Shown here: positions 1-11,227 of the stretch, piece by piece
How the letters are laid out: each line of letters starts with the position of its first letter
Numbering within the stretch: position 1 is the stretch's first letter
Source: Priapulus caudatus
Lineage: Eukaryota
DNA length: 49,688 nt
Assembly: GCF_000485595.1 (NCBI RefSeq)
Contig: NW_014577075.1
Span: forward strand, 840,141 to 889,828
Reading direction: 5' to 3'
The notes under the pieces: model-generated
Seen by the model: the letters and a program-made list of their open reading frames with translations, nothing else
The model's database searches: none
Told to the model about the DNA's origin: nothing
Program-made: the position numbers and the translations under genes

Positions 1-78
1 TGATCGGGCAATTAAATTCGCTGGCAATTTTAATCGCCGCGATCGGGCGATAAAAATCGCTCGTGTGCCCCTAGCATT
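1..78. mobile_element. Right end of a palindromic MITE-like element (Harbinger/Tourist-like terminus)
   Basis: Short repeated self-complementary units (gatcgggc, atcgc) ending TCGTGTGCCCCTAGCATTA; the other end is outside the window. Confidence 0.35.
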
Positions 79-112
79 AGCATCTTACTTTCACTACTTT
101 GTGTTATTAAAG

Positions 113-332
113 GTACTGATGCCCTAAGTAAATCACAATCAGTATTTGATTGTACAAGTTCTCACCTTGGCTCTTGGCATCTGTATTCAACTTACGCTCG
201 AAGAGGTGACCACTCACATCATTCAAAAGAAGATGACTATAATGAAGAAGATGAGCATTCTGCTATTGCGTTGGATCAACAAAATGTCCAACATCGTCAT
301 GATGCAGTAAATTCAGATGCCACCGAGGATGG
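113..332 (+). CDS. DEAD-box helicase exon (N-terminal extension, TDALSKSQ...KEDDYNEEDEHS...ATEDG)
   Basis: ag at 111-112, open frame, gtaata donor at 333; phase 2 joins the next exon in frame. No conserved motif, so less certain. Confidence 0.7.
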
Positions 333-2290
333 GTAATAATATCAGTGTGTGTGTGCATGTGGGCGTGCGTGCGTGTGTGCATGTGTGTGTGTGTGCGTGC
401 ATCTGTGCGTGCGTGTGTGTGCGGAAATTACTGTGCCTAAGTGTGTTTATCATTTTGTAGTCACATTGCAGTTACTTTTAGTAGTGTGTTGTAGTGTGTA
501 AAGTTATATTTATGTACATTGATGTCGTTTCATTACAGGTCGGAATTTTCAAAGTTTCCTCTTGATCCAACACTGCTAAGACGTTTAAACGAGCTGGGAT
601 ACAAGAAACCATTTGCAATTCAGACGGAGACCTTAGAACACACACTCGTAGGACGGTACATTTATAATTGGGTTATGTCGCAAAGGTTATTGTACATGTA
701 AATGCTACATTTCAGAAACACTGAGGTAACTTTAATCACAATGTCCACTATATGGTAAATAGCATTAGTTATGGTTATATCATGTGTGCTTCAGTTTTGC
801 TTGCTTTTTTGTTTTACAGAGATGTTATTGGTCGGGCCATCACTGGAAGTGGGAAGACTTTGGCATTCGCTATTCCTATTGTACAAAAGATACTACAATC
901 GTACGTTTCAACATGGCAGTTTATTATTAGCAGCATCCCATAGAAATATTTCCAGCTAGTAGTTGGTGCAAATTTTGTGAATAACAATGAACTTGTGTAC
1001 GAGGACAGGGCCTTAGCTAGCAGGTGAAAGGTTAGCAGGCAGCCCCCCCCCCTCCCCGTGAAATAATCTCTAAACACTTGTACTTCCATATGAGCAATCA
1101 GATCCTGACGATTTGTGATGAGTATATGTGTGACTGATTCCTTACCCCATTGCATACCAATACTTACCTAGTAAGAATAGCAGGATGTCAAAATGAGTCA
1201 ATTATTCCAATCCAATAGCCTTAAGCTAGTGTATAATATATATGTCAGCAGGTGTTTTTTGTTACAACAATGTACATTTTGACATATGTTAACACACAGT
1301 ATGTACAGGCCCCAGTGATGCTACCCCAGCCATCTAACTGTCGTAGAGTTATACAGAGTGAATCTTGAAAGTTCATAGTCAGATTTCTTTTGAAACATTA
1401 ATAAGATCATTGTTCATGGTTAAATCTTTAAATTGTTTACCTTGACAGTTTCAGCTGTCGTTCTGACAGCCATCTTCAGAATTTCTGAATTAGTCACTAA
1501 GAATAACCAAGCACTAGTGACTAATTCAGAAATTCTGAAGATGGCTGTCAGAATGACAGCTGAAACTGTCAAGGTAAACAATTTAAGGATTTAACCATGA
1601 ACAATGATGCTATTAATAATTATACAGAGTGAACTTCAGCATATAGCATCTTGTTGAACCGTACCTAAATCCGCACCGCATTCTCACATTACGCTGACGT
1701 TTGTTAATTGGCTTGATGAATCGCACGACCGGGAACACGGCACCACATGTCTAGGCCCAGTTTACACCAGCCGGCCATGCTGAGCACCTTTGATGAATCT
1801 AACCCCTGATGTTCAGTTAACACATGTGCATATAATTATATTGAGAAACACACAAAACAATACACCACTTACTTGTTGTGTATGCATGTGTGGGTAGGTA
1901 ATATTTGTTGTGTTGTTCCTACAGTCCACGGTTGAAGCGATCCAGAAGTCCTCGTGCGATCGTCATATCTCCCACACGAGAGCTTTGCAACCAGATCTAC
2001 AGGTAAGCTTCAGTAAAGTGCATGCAGACTATTATATTAGTGCCAATCATTAATATAAATAGTATTAAATATTTGAGTAAATAAGTGTTAAATAAAATAT
2101 TTATAATGATTTAATTTTTGCTTGTTTTATTGCTAGAACAATGTTTTGTATGGAGGTATTACCAATATGTCGTTGCTGAATATAAACATCCATGAGACGT
2201 CACATATTCTATTAATGTTAACCGCAGAGTATTACATTGACAAGCATCATTCATTAACTCATTGCATGCAGTTTCCATTTAATCCCTATT

Positions 2291-2332
<42 letters not shown>

Positions 2333-2995
2333 CTATCACGTATGATGCAGTATTATTCTGAGTTTAATATAATTGTTTACATTTCACAGGAGCATCCGCG
2401 AATTGGATCCGACGGTGCGTTGCGTGGCACTGTATGGTGGGGCAAGCTTTGTCCGGCAGGAGAGAGAGATCTTTCAAGGTGTAGACGTTGTGTGTGCAAC
2501 TCCAGGGCGTCTCAATGACCACATACAAAGGAGAACCATAGTGAGTAGTTCAGTGTCGCCTAAAGAATGAGTATTGAAGAGATTCATCAATATATATATA
2601 TATATATATATATGTTGACGAATCTCTTATAATGTATAGTGTTCGCCATTACTGTTGGACCGCTTGGACAATGCCGTTAAATTATAGGCAGGCCCAATAA
2701 AATTCTCAGTTTTACCTGAACCTGTGTCCGCTGCTGGTATCGTATTATCGAATATATTTTTGAGTAAATGAGGCAATGTCTGGTGTAATGTTTATCAAAT
2801 TAACAGTGGTAAATTGCACGACATGGTGGTTGACATATTGTTTTCCCACTAGGCATTGCACAGCACCACTCAATTTGGGCCATTGAAATTTGGTGTGGCT
2901 CTGCCCATGTTTAGTTGCTTTGATGAGTAAGATTACCAGGGTAGCTTGGATTCAGAGGGAATCAATAGAACAAATTTGAAGTGACACCTGAATAT

Positions 2996-3027
<32 letters not shown>

Positions 3028-6000
3028 TATATGTATACATATATATCTATATATATATTGTATGTATATGTATATGGGAGTGCGTGCGTGCATGCGTGTG
3101 TGTATGTAGGGGTGCTTGATACTATAATATAATTCATATCATGCCGATATTTGCTTAATCACTAAGTGACATCTACCAAGTTGAGTGTCAACGGATTAAT
3201 GCAAGCCATTACTGCTGTGCCTATACATTTTCAAGAACTCAACCCACCAGAAAATGAGAATGTCACACTGGGAATGCGATTAAGGAACGTGACTGTATAG
3301 CTGGCAGCGGGGTCTTCTTTCAGGGCGTCAACGAGCTGCAATTCCTCTGCCTAGATGAAGCAGACGAGTTGCTGACGCCCAACTTCAAAGACCAGATACA
3401 AGACTTGCTCGACGATTCTCCACGTGACAAGCAGATGATGCTGTTTAGCGCAACGATGCCGCCTGACATAGTTCACATGACGAAGCGGTGAGTGAGCCTC
3501 ACACCCAGCAGTATAAGATGTCGCTTCCCTTACGGCGCGGCGGCTTTTCCGTGGCAACGTGCTCTCTCTCATTGATCGGTGGGCACTGTCCATTTAGAGG
3601 CAGGCTGGCCGTATTGATTGGTCACTGGTCTTATCCGGTCTGATCCGGTTCAGCGTGACACGTACACTATATGGTGCAATCTCTTTTGTGCGTTGCATCA
3701 TTTTGCATGCTACATTGCTGCATTTGGTGTGAAGCGTTTGATTGCTTTGCGACGTGCTCATAAATAAACAGAAACTTTACAGATTTTTTAAGTGGGTTTT
3801 ATTAGGTGTTTTATTTTTATTTTTTAGGTGTTTTTTATTACATTATGCTGCTGTGCTTTCAGGTACATGAGGGAACCGATCCATGTTGATATCACAAAAT
3901 CACAAAACATCGTATCACCACCTTCAGTGAAACACCAAGTAAGAACTCTTTCATTAGTAATAATGTTGCTGTCACAAATAAATTACAGTGATTATCCTTA
4001 GAAGACCCTGAGATTTTGATATTAAAATATCAATACTAAAATAGATCTTTTACACAACAGATGTAAATAAAATGCGATATTACTTGCCTACATATTTTTT
4101 AATTCAATAATTTAATTCTTCATTGTCTAAACACTACTGTAGTAATGGGGAATTATATATTGTGCATAATTAATATGATTCTTCGTTCAGTAGCTATATT
4201 AAATGATCTTGCAGTGCATCCGAGCACCGCGTAGAGACCATATGCGGATTGTGAGTGATCTGATTACTGAACACTCGCCTACAAGATGCATCATTTTTCT
4301 CAAGACCAAGGGTAAGGCTTGAAAGTATAAAGCACCAGCTCTTGTTCAGAACGGTGGCGCATTTTGAGCTTATTGTTATTACGTTCTGTATATGAAGCTG
4401 TCAAAAGTTTTGAGGGAGTTGTTGCCACTTTCTTCTCAACTGTATGTGAACCATCATTGAAAAATATCCATGTATTTGAATCTGTACATCATTTATCTGT
4501 ACAATATTTAGCTGATAGTTCCTGCCATTGTGCATATATGTGGTGCGTATATATTAGTTATAGCGTTATAACTGCGTTTATGGTATAGCATATCACGATA
4601 TTGATGCTGCTTGATGCGTTGCATGTTTAGTTCAGGCTAGTGACGCAGCAAGGGAGCTGCAGGCGATGGGCGTACGAGCTGAAGCCATCCACTCTGACCT
4701 ATCACAGAACCATCGCGAGCGCATACTGCTCAGCTTCCGACGTGGACTCTGCAAAATTCTAACTGTAGGTCGCATGCAATGGTCGACAGGATTTAATAGT
4801 AATTTACTAATTTCAAAATAATTAATAAATTATGATATTACTTATTAAATGTATATTTATAGAGATGATTCAACTTTTACATGTCTATCCCCAGGAGCCT
4901 ATTACAATAGAGCTTCACCTGTTATTATAGACTCCTTGTGTGGCCATTGTAAAAAAAAAAACAGCAATGTATGCAGTGGAGTGCGTGCAGCCAATATAAA
5001 AATCATTTTGGTTACATACTCATCCATGAAATTCTGGTTTGCATTATTGCCTACAAAGAATATTTTAAGAGTTGCCTAAGAATGTCAATACACTGTTTTC
5101 AGATATTGATTGTCTTTACGTGTAATTCACTGTTGAAGCTTGGAAAGTTTTTATTGCTAATATGAAATTAAAGTGCAGAGAAAGAGAGGACACAAATTTT
5201 TTTTGTATTTACAGGCAACAGATGTCGCTGCAAGAGGTTTAGATATTCCAGAAGTTGATCTTGTACTTCAAGGTAATTTTTTCTTTATTAAAATTCCCAT
5301 TTTCACATTCATTTCTTGTTCTTGTTAACTAAAGTTGACAAATACAAGGTAATTATAGGTTGAATATATGAGAGGAGCATAAAGAGAAACCATCTATAAA
5401 CTTGTTCCATGTGACATGTTTCGGTGGCAGTCTTCTTATTCGTATATGTTTCTTCAAGATCATGCAATGTCATTGCAGTTGAACCACCAGCAAATGGAAT
5501 CGACTACTACATCCATAGATCAGGCAGGACAGGGCGAGCTGGACGGGATGGACTTGCAGTTCTCATTCACGAAGGCACTTTCAATGATATGAAGATTGTG
5601 AGAGATGTAAGTAGGCTTCTTCCACTCAGCATGCCAGCCAGCCGTCAACTTCAATGCAATTATAATACCAATCTCATCAGTTATTTTTTTGGTAAAATGC
5701 ACTCGTAACCAAATTTTCAGATCGCTCGCTGTGTAAAATTGGAACAAATACGGCCACCGAACTCGGAAGACACCGTTGAGAAGATAGTTGAGTCAACAGT
5801 TGAACAGCTTAATTCTGTGCCAGAGGACTTGCTGAAGCACACAAGAGAGGCTGCAGCAAAGGTGTGCCCCTACTGATACAAAGACCTGAATAACTGTGGT
5901 CAAAATATATCTATGAAATTGATTTTCTTTATATTATAAATTGCACATCGCGAAGTGCAGATTTCACGTTATTTTACTCTACACCATTTTATAACATTAC

Positions 6001-6304
6001 CTAATGCTATTCTTTTTAGCTTGATCTTAATGGGGAGCAAGGTGAGAAACTGATGGCAGCAGCACTGGCACTCATCCTGAAGAAGTCGCTACCAGCAGGT
6101 TTCTTCAACAAGGAGCCTCTGCGACAGATTCCTCCTCACAGTCACTATCGCGTGGACAACAAACAGCACTATCACAACCAGAATAAGTCGCACACATTCA
6201 AGAGGCAGAACAGGTTTGAGTACGGCAGGGATGATGGCTTCCGGAATCGGCCACGCAGAACTCGAACTCTGAACGATAATGACGACGATGATGAACTCTA
6301 CTAG
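113..6304 (+). CDS. DEAD-box ATP-dependent RNA helicase, DDX21/DDX50/RH3-RH9-RH53-like; 13 exons in window, 5' partial: join(113-332,539-655,820-900,1925-2002,2390-2540,3324-3487,3863-3938,4215-4311,4631-4764,5215-5272,5479-5606,5721-5861,6020-6304)
   Basis: Hand-spliced through GT-AG introns with consistent phases (1730 nt, ~575 aa to TAG at 6302-6304). All motifs in order: Q motif GYKKPFAIQ, I AITGSGKT, Ia SPTREL, GG, Ib TPGRL, II DEAD, III SAT, IV IIFLKTK, HSDLSQNHR, V TDVAARGLD, VI HRSGRTGRAG, then the AAALA segment typical of DDX21/RH3-type helicases. Confidence 0.93.
539..655 (+). CDS. DEAD-box helicase exon (Q motif)
   Basis: ttacag acceptor; SEFSKFPLDPTLLRRLNELGYKKPFAIQTETLEHTLVGR; gtacat donor. 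Confidence 0.92.
820..900 (+). CDS. DEAD-box helicase exon (Walker A)
   Basis: ttttacag acceptor; DVIGRAITGSGKTLAFAIPIVQKILQS; gtacgt donor. Confidence 0.95.
1006..1060. mobile_element. hAT-type MITE left-end fragment (CAGGGCCTTAGCTAGC...poly-C)
   Basis: Terminus matches the reverse complement of 8438-8453 at 15/16 positions. Confidence 0.4.
1363..1619. mobile_element. Penelope-like retroelement remnant: ~103-bp inverted repeat with hammerhead-ribozyme cores, 14-bp TSD
   Basis: Arms 1397-1499 and 1515-1617 are near-perfect reverse complements (15-nt loop); flanked by TTATACAGAGTGAA at 1349-1362 and 1620-1633; each arm carries CTGAAGA-stem-GAAAC-TGTC. Confidence 0.6.
1531..1574 (+). ncRNA. 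Minimal type I hammerhead ribozyme motif (mirror copy on the minus strand at ~1440-1483)
   Basis: CUGAAGA (1535-1541), stem II GGCUGUCA/UGACAGCU, GAAA (1562-1565), CU-GUC cleavage triplet; stem I only 2 bp. Confidence 0.45.
1768..1809. mobile_element. Terminal fragment of an interspersed DNA-transposon family (second copy at ~10479-10521)
   Basis: CCAGCCGGCCATGCTGAGCACCTTTGATGAATCTAACCCCTGA vs CCAGCCGGTTGTGCTGAGAACCTTTGCTGAATATAGCCCCTGA. Confidence 0.55.
1925..2002 (+). CDS. DEAD-box helicase exon (motif Ia)
   Basis: cctacag acceptor; PRLKRSRSPRAIVISPTRELCNQIYR; gtaagc donor. Confidence 0.95.
2390..2540 (+). CDS. DEAD-box helicase exon (GG doublet, motif Ib)
   Basis: tttcacag acceptor; SIRELDPTVRCVALYGGASF...ATPGRLNDHIQRRTI; gtgagt donor. 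Confidence 0.95.
3324..3487 (+). CDS. DEAD-box helicase exon (DEAD and SAT motifs)
   Basis: ttctttcag acceptor; GVNELQFLCLDEADELL...QMMLFSATMPPDIVHMTKR; gtgagt donor. Confidence 0.96.
3863..3938 (+). CDS. DEAD-box helicase exon (interdomain linker)
   Basis: ctttcag acceptor; YMREPIHVDITKSQNIVSPPSVKHQ; gtaaga donor. Confidence 0.9.
4215..4311 (+). CDS. DEAD-box helicase exon (motif IV)
   Basis: cttgcag acceptor; CIRAPRRDHMRIVSDLITEHSPTRCIIFLKTK; gtaagg donor. Confidence 0.9.
4631..4764 (+). CDS. DEAD-box helicase exon (QxxR)
   Basis: gtttag acceptor; QASDAARELQAMGVRAEAIHSDLSQNHRERILLSFRRGLCKILT; gtaggt donor. Confidence 0.92.
5215..5272 (+). CDS. DEAD-box helicase exon (motif V)
   Basis: tttacag acceptor; ATDVAARGLDIPEVDLVLQ; gtaatt donor. 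Confidence 0.96.
5479..5606 (+). CDS. DEAD-box helicase exon (motif VI)
   Basis: cattgcag acceptor; EPPANGIDYYIHRSGRTGRAGRDGLAVLIH...KIVRD; gtaagt donor. Confidence 0.96.
5721..5861 (+). CDS. DEAD-box helicase exon (post-helicase helical region)
   Basis: ttttcag acceptor; IARCVKLEQIRPPNSEDTVEKIVESTVEQLNSVPEDLLKHTREAAAK; gtgtgc donor. Confidence 0.88.
6020..6304 (+). CDS. DEAD-box helicase terminal exon
   Basis: tctttttag acceptor; LDLNGEQGEKLMAAALALILKK...RNRPRRTRTLNDNDDDDELY then TAG. Confidence 0.88.
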   Translation, partial: LDLNGEQGEKLMAAALALILKKSLPAGFFNKEPLRQIPPHSHYRVDNKQHYHNQNKSHTFKRQNRFEYGRDDGFRNRPRRTRTLNDNDDDDELY

Positions 6305-6493
6305 GTGTCTGATGATCAAAATCCTAAGATGCCAAGGAGTTATGGCTGTACAAAATACCATGAATGTTTACTGCATGTAACTTTGACAAAAAATTTACAG
6401 GAATGCTAACTGTAGTATTTCCTGATAGCAGTTGAATGCTATAGCTATAAGCAGTAGCCTCCGAGTTGGGAGGCCAGATTATCTTTAGCAGAT

Positions 6494-6499
6494 AATAAA
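6494..6499 (+). terminator. Candidate polyadenylation signal of the helicase gene
   Basis: First AATAAA ~190 nt after the stop codon; another lies near 6685. Confidence 0.35.
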
Positions 6500-7121
6500 A
6501 TATAACATTTGAAGAGAAACGGCAGATTGGTCATTTTTGATGTGGATCGATAACATAAATAATCGTTTCTATACATTCTATCAGTATCTCGAGGATCCAT
6601 ATGCAATACGTAGTATTCTAATTGAACTTGTGCTTGTTTGCACACACACAAAAACTTGTCGATAATTTCTTGTGTATAGAGTAAATAAATATAAAAAAAT
6701 CGAGAATTACGAAGTTTATAATAGTTTGTGTACTCTTTATACAATCATGAACCTGTGTACCATCATTTAAATCATATATCAATATCTATCAAGATATATG
6801 TTCATGATAGTGTGGCAGTGGCACTGACTGCATGACACAATAAGTTGGTGCAGAGCAAACTCCATCATAGTTCTCACAAACTCATCAAGTCTATTAAATG
6901 TAAAAGTTCAACTCGTATGTGTAACAAGTTACGCAACATTTGTTTTTTTAGAATATTGCATGATCGGACATAAAAAAAAACTGTTCAGACTTCGCATTGC
7001 AATGATCACTTTGCTAAAATTAAAAGAGCCTTTCTGTCAAATATGGTGAACGAACGCGACAGGTCTTGTGGTCTGTTTTTGACAAAAATTAGCAATCGGC
7101 TATTTTTATAGTGATTGGAAT

Positions 7122-7140
7122 TGTCCACCAGGTGGCGCTG
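7122..7140 (+). promoter_or_regulatory. CTCF consensus site
   Basis: TGTCCACCAGGTGGCGCTG matches the CTCF core CCASYAGRKGGCRS at every position; lies between the convergent helicase and FoxB genes. Confidence 0.55.
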
Positions 7141-7178
7141 TCACATCATAGTGCAATTGGTATGCGTCATAGAAATAA

Positions 7179-7225
7179 TATCAGGAGTGTATAATAATAG
7201 AGTCTACTATTATACACTCCTGATA
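7179..7225. repeat. Short palindromic element (TATCAGGAG...CTCCTGATA family)
   Basis: 18-bp perfect arms TATCAGGAGTGTATAATA / TATTATACACTCCTGATA. Confidence 0.8.
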
Positions 7226-8319
7226 ATATACTTGTTTCACTTATATTGAATCTCTATATATTTCTATGGTATGCGTTCTATTTACTGGCTCCAACAATGA
7301 TGGCTGGAGGCAATTTTTATCACAACCCATGAATAAGCATGTAAGCTTCATTATTTTGTGCAAAGGCAACAGTCAGTTTCGTAGATTAGCTCCAATCCTA
7401 TTCACCGAACAAAAATCATTACTCTCAATGTTCCACTTTTCTGCGGATAGACACCACAGGGCCACTATTGGCGAAGCGGTCACCATCACGGTCTGTTTTT
7501 TTTATTGAGACTTGTCTTTATAAAACAATACACGTGGGTCAACTTCATTTCAAGGCCGTCACCAATGAAAAATTATGTTGGCCGATGCTTGACGAGTGCA
7601 TGGGACATGCAGGCAAATGAACAAATATTGGGCTACAGATTGTTCAGTGTAGTCATAAATAAAAACCACGCAATATCGCATTCTCTGTCCCGACACGTTA
7701 TATATTGTTTATAATTTGGAATTTATATTATATTCATTGCATTACCTCTTTATATTTATCTTAATTTATTCAACTTTATATGGGAAATGTGTGACATGCA
7801 GAGGTTCCCTACGATTTTGCAGGTCACAAACCGATTCATTGTTAATCAATGCAAGAAAATTGTTTTGCGTTTAGCTTGTAGTAGTGTACTATTCACGCTA
7901 TACCTTGTTGTGAAATTTGAAACACGGAGGTGCCGCGGGTAAAGCATACAAGCTGTGTATGTTTTGGGGGGCTTGCGAATTATTTTAATGCTATGGAGTA
8001 TAGCTGGTTATCATATATTACAATTGTAGCATATTGACGTTGACACTAAAATTTAGCTTTTGCATACACCATAAGCACGAAAAACGGAGTTCTGTAGTGA
8101 GCCGCTTATAGCAGCTCCTCAGCGGAGGGATGGGCTTACTGGCTATTTTTCTCAGCAGGGGCCCCGGAGCAGCCGAGCCCCTCACTTTACCCACAACCAG
8201 TAGTCAATTATTTGGCAGAACTGTTATGACAAGATATCTTAACTGTTTGTTCGTTAATTGTAGTGGGAGCATTATTATCGTCTTGGTAGAACAAGGGCGT
8301 ATGTGGTTAACCCATTTTG

Positions 8320-8453
8320 CCCGGGGGCAAGCCCACGTGCTTCACGGTGGTGGCTTGTTTTGGGAAGGACCGGACCACCATTGACTATGTATTGTTTCCA
8401 CTTTTTTGGGAGCAACTGAACCCTTGCCCCCCCCCCCGCTAGCTACGGCCCTG
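8320..8453. mobile_element. hAT-type MITE right-end fragment (...poly-C GCTAGCTACGGCCCTG)
   Basis: CAGGGCCGTAGCTAGC terminus on the minus strand next to a C-run; left boundary uncertain. Confidence 0.4.
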
Positions 8454-10478
8454 TAGAAGTAAAACCATAATAATTATAATAATTATACCTAATATAAAAC
8501 AATATGAATATTATAAATACAAATAAATTGTTATAATTCATTTAAATATTTTACAAGAATGATAATATATAACGTGTACGCTACATGGCTATAAAAAAGA
8601 CTGTAAATTGTTTAGTATTTGTCAGTTAAAATAAATAGTTTTGCTTCAGTGTCAACGTGCGAGTCTAATGCTCATTAGTCTGACGTGCGATAGTTATATG
8701 ATATCAAATGGGCAATTAATATATTTTTGTTACATCAGCTTAAAACGTACTCTGCGTATGTCTTGTGCGGTAGTCGGCAACGCCTAAAATCTACGCATAG
8801 TCCGGGTGTATTCACAATTTAACATTGCAACTATCAAATTCAAAGATAGAACCAGTCTCTAGTTTAATTAAAATGTATTTTACTCGATGTTAATATGTTG
8901 TGATTCTGTGTGAAGTTGTTACACTATACAAAAACTATTTGAATGTGATAATCTGTTGCGGTATATATAAGTAGAAATGATGTCATATGCTATAAGTATC
9001 TAAAGAATATATAAGATACGTACAATTTTTGTGCTCATATATGTGAACTGCTATATAAGCTTGAATTATACTCTAATTTTATATATGCTATGAAATAACG
9101 GTTACGGGATGAATCACGCGCCAATTACGTACTGTAGCTTACATTAATATTATACGGCGATCATATTAAAGAGGCTTGATTGAACAACGTCCCTTCTCAC
9201 ATACGTTTGCCAATCGACATGCGCCTTTGTTCAATATTCATGTTCGTGAGAGGTCGAGTGTGAACATTGTTGTCAAGTGTAAACCAACTATTACCAAATG
9301 AATGACATTGGGCAGGCATGCGTATAGACTGGGCGCGGGTTATGCATGAAAAATTCATTGATTGGCGCTATCACTGGATGGTAGGCTAAGCAATAATATT
9401 ACTTTTATCACGATGACCACGACGACCACGATGGCGGCGATTATGATGATGATGATCATGATCATGCTGGTAATAATAATAATAACAACAACAACATCAG
9501 AGCAACAAAAATATTATTATTATTATCAGTATTAGTATTATAGTATAATAATATATAGTATATAGTATTAGTAATATTATGATATGACTAACTGACCTAC
9601 TATATGACATAATTTAATAATTTAATATGTAATTATCATCTTAGAACCATTTGCGCCTATTAATTATTAGTCTCTGAATAGATGCGTGACACTGGCATGT
9701 TTCGTCTACGGAATTCTAACCATTATCAACACCTAGGATAGCGATACTATCTATGCATACTTATTTTTGTTTCACTAAAAATTCCCGCTACTATCACTAC
9801 TATAATTGCGATAAAATGGCGCTGACATTAAGTTTTCGAGCGACCTGTTTGTGGTATAATCGTCTTTTGTGGCGGCAATCGCACGTGGTGTGTAGGTAGG
9901 CACGTGAACATGCTGCCGTGTACTGTCGTATAACAGACGTTCTGCGGCCCAGCGAAAAACGCGCCTTTTGTGCTATTATTGCGACAATGCGTGAGCTACG
10001 CGTGAGTTTGTATACATACGCTGAAAAATAGTTGCTTGCTCGCCTGCGGTTTGCCACCGGTAAGCCCATAACAAAATCTCACTAGCTTTTCATCTTGTTG
10101 TTACTGTGTTTGGTTATTGTTGTTGTAACACTTGCGCGTCTCTTGAAAGTGTGCGTGTGTTTATTGCCTATATGAATGCCCTTGTATTGTGCGTGCGCAT
10201 GTATGTGTGTATGTATGCGTGTATGTGTGCGCGCGCGTATGTGTGCGCGCGCGTATGTGTGTGTGCGTGCCTCTTTGTTTGCGCGCAAGCGTACGTGCGT
10301 GCATGCGTGCGTGCGTGTATACGAGCCCTTATTGCATATAAGACATTCGAGCATGTAATCTACATTTATTCTATGTTTAGATGAGAGCTCACGTAAGATG
10401 TATATTGAGCGCTCCCACCTAATTCGTTAGGCTATGAAATATAATATTATGCGGACACACTGATTGTGCCTGCTTGCG

Positions 10479-10521
10479 CCAGCCGGTTGTGCTGAGAACC
10501 TTTGCTGAATATAGCCCCTGA
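10479..10521. mobile_element. Second copy of the 1768-1809 transposon terminus
   Basis: Ungapped high similarity to 1768-1809. Confidence 0.55.
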
Positions 10522-10529
10522 TGCCTTAA

Positions 10530-11227
10530 CCCCATACGCTGCCTTTCCGAGTGTTGTTTGGCTCTAATATTTTATCTGGTGAAATCCGCATACATAAAAA
10601 CTAGACGATTTGTCTGTCCTTGCGGTATCGTGGAATTATTTGTTGCGAATAAACTTGTAAAATTGGCGTCAGGATAAACTAAATGAAGTCTAAGAATGTA
10701 AGACTATTTCATTTCACAATGGCGCCTTGCGAAATATGTTTATTGAAAAGCTATAAAAAGAAAGAAATACTTCGCAAGAAACGTTAGTATACGTGGAAAC
10801 GCATCAGAGATTTCGTGAATTGATACCTGTTTGGGCGTCAGTGTACATCGATTTCTCTTACAAGACAATAGTATGCGTCCAAAAATATGATTGCTGAATG
10901 GTGCTATTGACTGACAATCTTAGTGTTCCCCCACCCACCATTCATCCGTTCTCATCCCCCCTAGTTACTGTTAAATATGATAGTCAAATAAATTAGGAAC
11001 AAGGCGATAACCACGCGATGGTGGCAGCACAGAGAGCAACAGACTGAAATGTTACATATATCCCAATACAGCGCGTCCGGGAAACTTACGGCACACACGA
11101 CGAATGATATAGTAGCTAAACATTAGCTCCACCTTAACACCGATTTCACTTACCGATAATATTTATTTTTTCTTTGGCTGTGCTGGCAAAATAATATTCA
11201 CCCATGCCGATTTTATAGCTGCATGGG
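10530..11227. mobile_element. Non-autonomous piggyBac-type element
   Basis: TTAA (10526-10529) CCCCATACGC ... GCTGCATGGG TTAA (11228-11231); short imperfect TIRs with CCC/GGG ends. Confidence 0.45.

Noticed and set aside
2920..2991. Intronic C/D box snoRNA (TTGATGA...CTGA, 72 nt)
   Set aside because: Non-consensus C box, no terminal stem, no convincing C'/D' boxes and no rRNA guide I can verify.
1006..8453. Composite (Pack-type) transposon capturing the helicase gene between inverted CAGGGCC(T/G)TAGCTAGC ends
   Set aside because: No target-site duplication (GTACGAGGA vs TAGAAGTA) and the gene continues intact outside the left end; two independent MITE fragments.
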